From: Sedimentisphaera cyanobacteriorum
GTDB taxonomy: Bacteria; Planctomycetota; Phycisphaerae; Sedimentisphaerales; Sedimentisphaeraceae
Direction of reading: 5' to 3'
Assembly (NCBI RefSeq): GCF_001997385.1
Contig: NZ_CP019633.1
Span: 480,001 to 512,000, forward strand
DNA: 32,000 nucleotides
Shown here piece after piece: positions 22,558 through 30,710 of the stretch. Both the position numbers and the translations under genes were made by a program. Positions within the stretch are counted from its first letter, which is position 1. Every line of letters starts with the position of its first letter. Below the pieces are notes generated by a model that was not told where the DNA came from, did not search any database, and saw only the letters and a program-made list of their open reading frames with translations.

Positions 22558-24888
22558 TTACCAGTATTCTGAGTCAACAGGCATCCCTGAATTAATTAGC
22601 ACAGAAACCGAGCCCAGCCCTTCAGGTTTTAGATTAAGCTTAACATCTCCCGGCCTTCTGCCGCCTTGAATGTAGTAAAGCAGTTTTCCGTTATAAGTTT
22701 TCTTGGTCATTTCCCCGTATGGGCTTATATCGCCCTGATTGCCGTTTTCGATGCCGATTATTTCAGCAGGCCCTTCAATAGAGGCTTCGATCTTTATCTC
22801 TGCATCTTCTACAGGGTAGCCGTCTTCATCAACCACGTATATCTCCGCATGAACGACATCCCTGCCGTCGAGGACGAGCTTTTTCTCCACTAAATTTGGA
22901 ACAATTCTTGCCGGCTCCCCGGGAACATTGTACACTGCCTGAGCTACATCCACTCTCGCTCTTTTGCCTATAGCCCGAAAATTTTCGCCTTCCGGATTCC
23001 TTATCATTATCCGCTTTGATTCGGGCACTTCAAAATCTCCAAGGCTTTTTTCCCCTTGAAAAAGCTCAACATCTTCACAGTTCGAATAGCAGACGATATG
23101 CCCGTCGCCGTTTTGATATAGGTGCACAAACGGGTCTTCTTCCCAGTATGCTTTCTGCCTGTAGTAGGCGGGTTTGGCGAAGCCTGCAAGGTTAAGCAGG
23201 CCGGAACGTGCGCCCCTTGAATGGGTGCCGGTTTCTTCGTTATGCCATTTCCCTGCTTCTCCGAGGTAGTCTATGCCTGTCCAGAGGAACTGAGAGGAGA
23301 TGTAGTCGTTATTCTTAACAGCCAGCCAAGGCTCAAGTCCTCTGCCGTTTTCGCTGCCGGTGAATATCTTATACGGATACCTCTTATGCACATCCTCATA
23401 GAGCTTTTCCTTATAGTTGAAGCCTATAACATCGAGATAATCCATAAACACATTCGCCTCCGGGCCTGCGCAGGCTGCTGTAACAGGGCGGGTAAGGTCA
23501 TGGTCTTTCACGATTTCTCTGAGTTTTATAGCTTCAGGAATCAAGTCCATCTCTCCCGGCGGGAACGGGTCGTTGGGATAATCGATTTCGTTACCTATGC
23601 TCCATAGGATTATTGAAGGGTGGTTTCTGTCTCTAAGCAGCATATCGGTGAGGTCCTTCTCTGCCCATTCTTCGTAGTGTTCGTGGTAGCCGTCGCGTTC
23701 GAATTCGGTCTGATTCCAGCCGTCAACCCATTTGCGTTTGCCTTCGTACCACTCGTCAAAGGCCTCGTTCATCACGAGAAATCCCATCTCATCGCAGAGG
23801 TCGTAGAGGTGCGGGTCGTGGGGGTTGTGGCTCATTCGGATGGCGTTGCAGCCGCCGTCTTTGAGCTTTTGAAGCCTTCTTCGCCAAACAGGCTTTGGAA
23901 CTGCCGTGCCGAGAGCTCCTGCCCCGTCGTGCAGGCAAACGCCTTTTATGAGCATCGGTTCGCCGTTGAGAAAGAAGCCTTCATCGCAGTCAAAGCGGAA
24001 ATCTCTAACCCCGAAAGGCGTGTAATATTCATCCAACACCTCATCCTCGCTGGTTATTATTGTTTTCAAGGCATACATGTCGGGGTATTTCGTATTCCAG
24101 AGCTCTGGGGATTTAAGCCTCAGATTCAGCTCCAGGGTTCTCTCGCCCGGTTCAAAATCGATAAAACGCTTTTCTCTCGCACGAACGTCGTCTCTTTTGT
24201 CTATAATCTGGTTTTCAATGCCAACCTTCCGAGTTTCCTCCGAGCTGTTCACAAGCTTCACTTCCGCCTTCACATCTGCATATTTTTCCGTTATCTCAGG
24301 CGTTGTTACGTAAGTTCCCCAGAGCTTGGTATGCACCTTGTCCGTTTTTACGAGGTAAACATCTCGATTTATCCCTGTCCCTGTGTACCAGCGGCAGTCA
24401 GCGTAGTCGCTGTGGTCAACCCGAACAGCGATCACATTAGTGTTTTCCCGTCCGAACTGGAGGTAATCTGTGATGTCGTATGCGAAAGAGATAAAGCCGT
24501 TCGGCCTTTCGCCGAGGAGTTTCCCGTTGCACCATACCTTGCTGTTGCAGTAAACGCCGTTGAAAAGTATCTTAAAGCTCTCATCCTGCCATTGACGCGA
24601 GAGCTCGAAGCTCTTGCGATACCAGCACACACCGCCCGGAAGATACGCCTGACAGCTCGGGTTCTCCTTGCTGAACTCCTTCTCCACACCCATATCGTGG
24701 GGCAGTTTTACATCCCGCCAGTCTGAATCGTCTAAATTGTTCTGATAATAGCGGCTGCTGTCGTTTTCCTTAAATTTCCAGCCTTCATTGAAAAGCCTGA
24801 ACCGTTCTTCAGGCTGAAAGCTCGTTATCTCGAAGCCGAAAACGGCTGAATAGGCAAGCAGAAATGCTAAGATTACAGTTTTCTTCAT
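22558..24888 (-). CDS. Secreted glycoside hydrolase family 2 enzyme (beta-galactosidase/beta-glucuronidase-like)
   Basis: Signal peptide MKKTVILAFLLAYSAVFG. GH2 sugar-binding region (WYRKSF..NGVYCNSKVWCNGKLLG). TIM barrel (GCNAIRMSHNPHDPHLYDLCDEMGFLVMNEAFDEW; RDRNHPSIILWSIGNE). The ATG at 24888 has GGAGA upstream, so the listed 24921 start is less likely. Confidence 0.88.
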   Translation of the reverse strand: MKKTVILAFLLAYSAVFGFEITSFQPEERFRLFNEGWKFKENDSSRYYQNNLDDSDWRDVKLPHDMGVEKEFSKENPSCQAYLPGGVCWYRKSFELSRQWQDESFKILFNGVYCNSKVWCNGKLLGERPNGFISFAYDITDYLQFGRENTNVIAVRVDHSDYADCRWYTGTGINRDVYLVKTDKVHTKLWGTYVTTPEITEKYADVKAEVKLVNSSEETRKVGIENQIIDKRDDVRAREKRFIDFEPGERTLELNLRLKSPELWNTKYPDMYALKTIITSEDEVLDEYYTPFGVRDFRFDCDEGFFLNGEPMLIKGVCLHDGAGALGTAVPKPVWRRRLQKLKDGGCNAIRMSHNPHDPHLYDLCDEMGFLVMNEAFDEWYEGKRKWVDGWNQTEFERDGYHEHYEEWAEKDLTDMLLRDRNHPSIILWSIGNEIDYPNDPFPPGEMDLIPEAIKLREIVKDHDLTRPVTAACAGPEANVFMDYLDVIGFNYKEKLYEDVHKRYPYKIFTGSENGRGLEPWLAVKNNDYISSQFLWTGIDYLGEAGKWHNEETGTHSRGARSGLLNLAGFAKPAYYRQKAYWEEDPFVHLYQNGDGHIVCYSNCEDVELFQGEKSLGDFEVPESKRIMIRNPEGENFRAIGKRARVDVAQAVYNVPGEPARIVPNLVEKKLVLDGRDVVHAEIYVVDEDGYPVEDAEIKIEASIEGPAEIIGIENGNQGDISPYGEMTKKTYNGKLLYYIQGGRRPGDVKLNLKPEGLGSVSVLINSGMPVDSEYW

Positions 24889-24911
24889 TTGATTCTCCGG
24901 TTCTAATATTT

Positions 24912-25553
24912 CTAAGTGCATTTACCAGTTCTCTGAGAGTGAATTTTACCCGCCATTCTAATTATTTCAACGGCAGTTTCGCTTTTGTGCCTTTCAGGTC
25001 TGCTGAGCCATTCCCCGCCGGTCTGTTTGATATATATCTGCGAACATTCCTGCGATATTGCGGACGGATCGTTTGCGATGATTATATCCATTTTTTTTCG
25101 CTGCATCTTCTCTTCAGCCTTCTCAAGAAGGTTTTCGTCTTCAAGGGCAAATCCCACAATAATCTGCCCGTTTTTATTATCCCCTGCCCACTCAAGGATG
25201 TCGGGGGTTTTGTGAAAAATAAGCTCGATTTTTTCTTTTGATTTTTTAATCTTTTTCTCAGCATACCTTTCAGGGCAGTAGTCCGATACAGCTGCCGCCA
25301 TTATGAGGCAGTCGCACGAGGAAAATTCGTTCTTAACCGCCTCAAACATCTCTTCAGCGCTCACAACGCTGAGAAGCTCTGCACCTTTTGGATGAGCTAT
25401 GGAGGTGGGGGCGGATATCAGCTTTACGCTGTGACCGCTGTCTATCGCTGCCGCTGCTGCTGCATAGCCCATTTTGCCTGTGCTGGCGTTTGTTATATAC
25501 CTGACGGGATCTATATATTCCCTCGTTCCTCCCGCAGTTACAAGTATCCGCAT
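24912..25553 (-). CDS. coaB: Phosphopantothenate-cysteine ligase, stand-alone CoaB domain
   Basis: MRILVTAGGTREYIDPVRYITNASTGKMG matches the start of the CoaB half of bifunctional CoaBC. At 213 aa there is no room for the CoaC flavoprotein domain. Confidence 0.8.
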   Translation of the reverse strand: MRILVTAGGTREYIDPVRYITNASTGKMGYAAAAAAIDSGHSVKLISAPTSIAHPKGAELLSVVSAEEMFEAVKNEFSSCDCLIMAAAVSDYCPERYAEKKIKKSKEKIELIFHKTPDILEWAGDNKNGQIIVGFALEDENLLEKAEEKMQRKKMDIIIANDPSAISQECSQIYIKQTGGEWLSRPERHKSETAVEIIRMAGKIHSQRTGKCT

Positions 25554-25580
25554 TTTTTCGCTCCGCAGTAAAGGTGGCTA

Positions 25581-26429
25581 CTATTTATATATCCTGGCAA
25601 TGCGGGGATTTCCCGCAAAGTCGTTTTCGATTGTGATATTATAGCCCTGCTGCCTAAAAATCTGCTCTATTTTTTCGGCCTGATTGTAACCAATCTCCAG
25701 GAGAATCAGCGAATCAGGCAGGATATGCTTATCTGCATTTTCCGCTATTCTGCGATAGTAGTCCAGGCCGTCTTCGCCTGCAAGAAGGGCCTCCGGCGGC
25801 TCATAATCTCTTATAGATTTGCTGAGCTGCTTATACTCACCTTCAGATACGTAAGGGGGATTGGATATGATAAGATCGTATTTCTCTGCGTTTTCCAGCC
25901 CTGAAAACATATCAGACTTACAGATTTTTGCTCTATCGGAGAGTTTGAGCCGTTCTAAATTATCCTTTGCGCAGTTAATCGCTCCTTCGCTTTTATCAGC
26001 GCATATCCCGATGCAGTCGCCGCAGTTTTTGAGGATTGCAGCTGTAATGCACCCGCTCCCGCAGCACATGTCGAGAAATCTCGCCCCTTCACCGCTTTCT
26101 CGGAGAAACTCAATCCCCCGTTCGGTGAGGTCTTCTGTTTCCGGCCTCGGTATGAGGCATTTGCCGTTCAGACTGATTTCAAGGCTGTAGAAGGTAGTTT
26201 TACCTATTATGTATTCAACCGGCATCCCCTCTGCGGCTTTTCGTATCTTGTTTCTAACCTCTGCGAGCTTGTCCTGAGATACAGGGCGTGATATATAAAG
26301 CTCTATTCTCTGCCTTCCCAGCACTTCAGAAATAAGCATTTCTGATTTGAGCCGCGGATTATCCGCTCCAGCCTTGCTGAGATAATCGGTTACCCAGTCC
26401 AGGAGTTTCGTGGTTGTCCATTCGGTCAT
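25581..26429 (-). CDS. prmC: Release factor glutamine N5-methyltransferase PrmC/HemK
   Basis: P(V/L)EYIIG, LIPRPETE, SAM motif LDMCCGSGCI and the catalytic NPPY (IISNPPYV). Confidence 0.9.
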   Translation of the reverse strand: MTEWTTTKLLDWVTDYLSKAGADNPRLKSEMLISEVLGRQRIELYISRPVSQDKLAEVRNKIRKAAEGMPVEYIIGKTTFYSLEISLNGKCLIPRPETEDLTERGIEFLRESGEGARFLDMCCGSGCITAAILKNCGDCIGICADKSEGAINCAKDNLERLKLSDRAKICKSDMFSGLENAEKYDLIISNPPYVSEGEYKQLSKSIRDYEPPEALLAGEDGLDYYRRIAENADKHILPDSLILLEIGYNQAEKIEQIFRQQGYNITIENDFAGNPRIARIYK

Positions 26430-27046
26430 TTGATACCTGCTTTGTGTGTTTATCTCGCTATCTAAAACAATTAACCTATCTTACACTCAGCCCCTGTTTT
26501 TGCAACTAAACGCTTGAATTTCAGCAGGGCAGTAAGTAGATTTTTTTGGTTAAACAGCCGGATGTGATTTTTGCAGTGCGGAGAGGGGAAGCAGATATTG
26601 AGAAAAAAAAATACGAAAAAACGCGCCCCCAATCAAACAATAACGGAAAAGCTTGGTGCAGGCGAAAAAAACATCTTTACTGATATTGCGCATTATACAA
26701 CGGTATAGAAAAATACTTTCAAAGGAATCAATCTGCCTATATTGTCCTCCTGCAAAACGGCAAAACCTGAGCTCCTCCGCAGGTTCACTTACGGTGATTT
26801 TAAATCACGCCTTCAAAAAATATGTTGCAGCAATTTTCGGCCTTTTTTTATTTGCGCAAATTTGCGGAATTTTTATACAAAACTGCGTTGTTTATTGTGC
26901 AGATAACAGTATAAACAATTCAGAGAAAAGAGCAGATTTAAGGCTAATTGCCCAGCGAATTTGCACAAGCTTATTTTTATAAGATAAAAACGGTTTGTCC
27001 TTGTCTGTAATAGAGTAATTAATTATTATTTTTAGGGAATTATACT

Positions 27047-29422
27047 ATGTATATCCAAAAAACAAAAATTTTCTGCTTAGTTGTTATTTTAGTTAGTCTT
27101 TCTCATTCAGCTATTGGTGAAAACGCGGGTGTCTATAAAGCCGCCTCAGATCAGGGGATTGCTGCGGACCGTTGGATTGAAATAGATCTTTACTGGTTTG
27201 ACTACGATGATATGGAGGCCAGCGCTGAACAGTTCTGGGACCGTTACTACCCAATGTTCGAAAATATTGAAAACTGGAAGGGCGTGATTCTTAATGTCGG
27301 CTGGCTGATGGATACTGTATATGAGTGGCAGGGCAGCCTCAATAAAAAAATCGACTTGCCGGAAGATATGGAGCACTGGCCGTTTATCAAGGATGAAGGG
27401 CAGCTCACCGGCAGCACTGAGCAGCGAAAAAAACTGTGGAAGCATCGTTTCGAGACACTGGACGGTTATAATGTTGTAAATTATGCTCCTTGGACCTACG
27501 GCGATTTGAAAAAACTTGTAACTATACTGAAAAAGGTTGGCCGAGATAAATATGGTCTTGAGGATATAAGGATTGGAATGCTTGCCCTTGGCTGGCGCAG
27601 CATTTATCATGGGGAGTTATCTGCATTTTCTAAAACACATGAAAATGCTTATTTGAAACGCGGTATCCGCTGGGGAGTTCCCAATCTTATAGCGAAACTG
27701 AAAGAAGATCCGAGGGAATATGGAGCTTATCCTGACGGAATTCCCGAGGGTACTCCTTTAGTTGAATTTTTCGGCAAACAGTGGGGAGACCTCTCAAAAA
27801 CAGTAGGACTCGATGCAATTGTCCTTCGTGACAGCATCATGGGTGTCGGCATTTATGTAAGAAACGGCCCTTATGGGCGAACCCCGCCAAAAGAGCCCAA
27901 AAAAGTGTCCCAATGGAGCCAGGCAACAGCTGATCTGGTAAGGCATACAAAACAGTCTAACCCTGAGGCCCTAGTCATCGGCTACTCATCTGCGGCAAGT
28001 GCAGTAGGAGACTGGCGGGTAAACTGTTTTGACTTGGAAACTATAGCAAAAGAAGGCTACCTCGATGCATGGATAGACCAGAGCTGGGCAGGTGCATGGA
28101 ATGAGATAGGACAAAGACCTCCGGAATGGGCAAGTTTGTGGAACGCGCAGCGTCTTGGCTGGACTTATCAGCTTGGATACATTCTCGGCCACGCAGCCGT
28201 TTTAGCTGAAAGTGATGTTCGTCATTATTTCCTCACAGAAACGTTTGATGCATGGGAGTCTTGGGATATTATCCACACCGCCGCTGACAGGCTTCGATGG
28301 GGCATCTGGGCGTATTCTCACGCCGCAGTAAAAACACCAAGCGGTTTGAAAATGCCCGCTGGAAGTTATATTTCTTGGTGCAATCAGGGAAAAAGGCTCC
28401 TCTCGGAGGAAGATGTTGATTTCATTGTGAAGCATACAAATGCAGCTTTGATTGATGCCCGAAATACTAAAGAAGTTTACGGCCCGACTCTGGTTTACAA
28501 CAGAAGCGCCATGGAATGGCAAAATGAAAATTCACCGAATATAAAAATAAAGGAATGGATAGACGAACAGGCCGGCGCTGTTATGAAATGGTCGGTGCCA
28601 ATTATGTCAATCACAAGGCTCGAATATCTCAAGGATGTCGAAAGTGATATGTTTATCGTCCAAACTCCTGTTCACATGGAAGCGAGCGAGAAGGAAAACC
28701 TAATTGAGCTTATCGAATCTGGTAAGCCCACAGCGATTTTTGGAAGCCCTGCAGGCGGTCTTGATAAAGATATCGCAGAAATTATAGGTATCAAAACCAA
28801 CTTCAAAACTACCGGCAAGCTTGAATTTATTGCAACATTAAATGGACAGGTGAAAGGTATCTTTGAAGGCCTTCCTAATACTTTTCCGCTGTATCATTAT
28901 TTTACAAAGAACAAACTTACCAAACCGATTCAGACTCTGTACTGGGTTAAGCAGGAAAACCCAGCACTGGTGCTCAACAATTTAAAGGGAAAAAGCCTGT
29001 TTTTCTGGGATCCTCCGGAGCTTGCAACAAATATTCCATACGGAAACGCCGGCTCACTGGATCAGGACCTTGGAAGCCCTATCCCATATTGCCTCACTGC
29101 AAGGGCAATAAATAAAATGAGCAAAGAAGCAGATCTGTGTTACGTTGATCAGATAAAACCATACAGGCCAATGCAGCTGTCCTGCTGGAAAACCAAAGAC
29201 GGGGACTATCGCATCTTAGCCGGCAATCTTGAAGAAGGCATAAACCATACATCTGACAAATGGGTGCATAACACTTTCAATATCCCCGAAAGTTTTGAAT
29301 TACCTGATGTATTTACTGCTCAGGAGATTTGGCAGGATGCAAAGTACGTGATAGGCGATAATAAGCTTAGGGTAGTACTGGATCAGGCAGAAACAAAACT
29401 CTACATTTTGGAAAATGAGTAA
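27047..29422 (+). CDS. Secreted protein of unrecognised family (791 aa), possibly glycosidase-like
   Basis: Signal peptide MYIQKTKIFCLVVILVSLSHSAIG. A long ORF with no competing frame. Periodic strand-like segments suggest a (beta/alpha)8 barrel, but there is no motif I can assign to a named family. Confidence 0.7.
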   Translation: MYIQKTKIFCLVVILVSLSHSAIGENAGVYKAASDQGIAADRWIEIDLYWFDYDDMEASAEQFWDRYYPMFENIENWKGVILNVGWLMDTVYEWQGSLNKKIDLPEDMEHWPFIKDEGQLTGSTEQRKKLWKHRFETLDGYNVVNYAPWTYGDLKKLVTILKKVGRDKYGLEDIRIGMLALGWRSIYHGELSAFSKTHENAYLKRGIRWGVPNLIAKLKEDPREYGAYPDGIPEGTPLVEFFGKQWGDLSKTVGLDAIVLRDSIMGVGIYVRNGPYGRTPPKEPKKVSQWSQATADLVRHTKQSNPEALVIGYSSAASAVGDWRVNCFDLETIAKEGYLDAWIDQSWAGAWNEIGQRPPEWASLWNAQRLGWTYQLGYILGHAAVLAESDVRHYFLTETFDAWESWDIIHTAADRLRWGIWAYSHAAVKTPSGLKMPAGSYISWCNQGKRLLSEEDVDFIVKHTNAALIDARNTKEVYGPTLVYNRSAMEWQNENSPNIKIKEWIDEQAGAVMKWSVPIMSITRLEYLKDVESDMFIVQTPVHMEASEKENLIELIESGKPTAIFGSPAGGLDKDIAEIIGIKTNFKTTGKLEFIATLNGQVKGIFEGLPNTFPLYHYFTKNKLTKPIQTLYWVKQENPALVLNNLKGKSLFFWDPPELATNIPYGNAGSLDQDLGSPIPYCLTARAINKMSKEADLCYVDQIKPYRPMQLSCWKTKDGDYRILAGNLEEGINHTSDKWVHNTFNIPESFELPDVFTAQEIWQDAKYVIGDNKLRVVLDQAETKLYILENE

Positions 29423-29486
29423 GGCTGTTTTAGCCGAATTTACATTTAGACTAATAATAACATAGGTTAGCAAGAAAAGAACAGAA

Positions 29487-30581
29487 ATGAATAATAATAT
29501 TAATAAAATCACTTTGACGACAAAAAATGATTTTGAAAAGGCAATGGAAAGGGTTTACGCTTGGTATAACAATGAAATCATCGACCGTGTGCCTGTTCAG
29601 TTTTCAGCAGCAAATGCGCAGTACAATGTTGAATCAAAAGAAAACCGTACTCCCCAGGAGTGGAAAGAGATTTGGTTTGACACTGAGAGAGTGGTTGATT
29701 CTTTTATTGATTCTATAAAGGGCTGTCAATTTCTTGGTGAAACATTTCCGATTTACTGGCCTAACCTCGGTCCAGATATCTATGCGGCATTTTATGGCGG
29801 CGAGCTGACTTACGGCGAAGTTACTTCCTGGTCCCATCCTATCGTTAAAGATTGGAGCGAGATATCAGAGCTCAAACTGGACAAGAAAAATAAGTATTTT
29901 AGGAAGATTGAAGAAATGACTCAGTGTGCCATTGAAAAGTGCCAAGGGAGGTATCTTGTGGGATACACTGATCTTCATCCTTCTATGGATTGTGTGTTGG
30001 CATGGAGGGGCATGGAGCAGTTGTGTTACGATATGATTGATACCCCAGATAAAGTAAGTGAGCTTTTGGAGATTGCGTCTAGAGACTTCTATGACATCTT
30101 CGATCATTTTGATAATATGCTTAAATCTCAAGGACATATTTCTGTTACGTGGCTTGGCGTGCCGAGTTATGGCAAATTCCATGTACCCAGCTGTGATTTT
30201 GCAACGATGATGTCGCCGGCACAGTTTGATAAATTTGCAATGCCTTATCTCCTGGAGCAGATAAAGCACATGGACCATAATGTATTTCATGTTGATGGGA
30301 GCGGGGTGGCAAGGCATATTGATAAGATACTGGATATGCCTGAAATTAACGGGATCCAGTGGGTACAGGGTGTTGGAGAAGATGAACCCATAATGCAATG
30401 GCTCGATCTGATCAAGAAAATGCAGGATGCAGGCAAAGGTATTATGGTTGACCTCAAACTTCACGAGCTGGATGAATTTATTCAGGAAATGTCTCCGAGA
30501 GGCATCTTCTTGTGTATTGGAGAAAGTGAGCCGGAAGTTCAGAAATCAATTATCAAAAAGCTGGAAAAATGGAAAAGCTGA
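29487..30581 (+). CDS. Uroporphyrinogen decarboxylase (URO-D)/MtaA-like family protein, cytoplasmic
   Basis: The size (364 aa), the N-terminal helix followed by DRVPV, the central ..WRGMEQLCYDMIDTPDKV.. and the late HVDGSG.. segment resemble URO-D-like TIM-barrel proteins. Assigned by pattern only. Confidence 0.45.
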   Translation: MNNNINKITLTTKNDFEKAMERVYAWYNNEIIDRVPVQFSAANAQYNVESKENRTPQEWKEIWFDTERVVDSFIDSIKGCQFLGETFPIYWPNLGPDIYAAFYGGELTYGEVTSWSHPIVKDWSEISELKLDKKNKYFRKIEEMTQCAIEKCQGRYLVGYTDLHPSMDCVLAWRGMEQLCYDMIDTPDKVSELLEIASRDFYDIFDHFDNMLKSQGHISVTWLGVPSYGKFHVPSCDFATMMSPAQFDKFAMPYLLEQIKHMDHNVFHVDGSGVARHIDKILDMPEINGIQWVQGVGEDEPIMQWLDLIKKMQDAGKGIMVDLKLHELDEFIQEMSPRGIFLCIGESEPEVQKSIIKKLEKWKS

Positions 30582-30710
30582 ATCCCTCCATACTTCAAGG
30601 GTAAGGGATACAGTTAGATGTCTATGGTATAATCACTCTGCTTTTTAAATGGCTTATCAGAGCAGAGGGTTAAAAGGGATAAAATATTTTCTCTATTAAG
30701 GATTTGTTCT

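Noticed and set aside
23620-24726. 368-aa plus-strand ORF opposite the GH2 gene (also 22666-22893, 23221-23607, 24077-24313)
   Set aside because: It is antisense to a GH2 sequence with clear family motifs, and its own translation has no recognisable domain. It is a shadow ORF.
26653-26982. 109-aa ORF in the prmC/27047 intergenic region
   Set aside because: It has a TTG start with no RBS, runs through the palindromes and A/T tracts, and has no motif. I treat it as non-coding.
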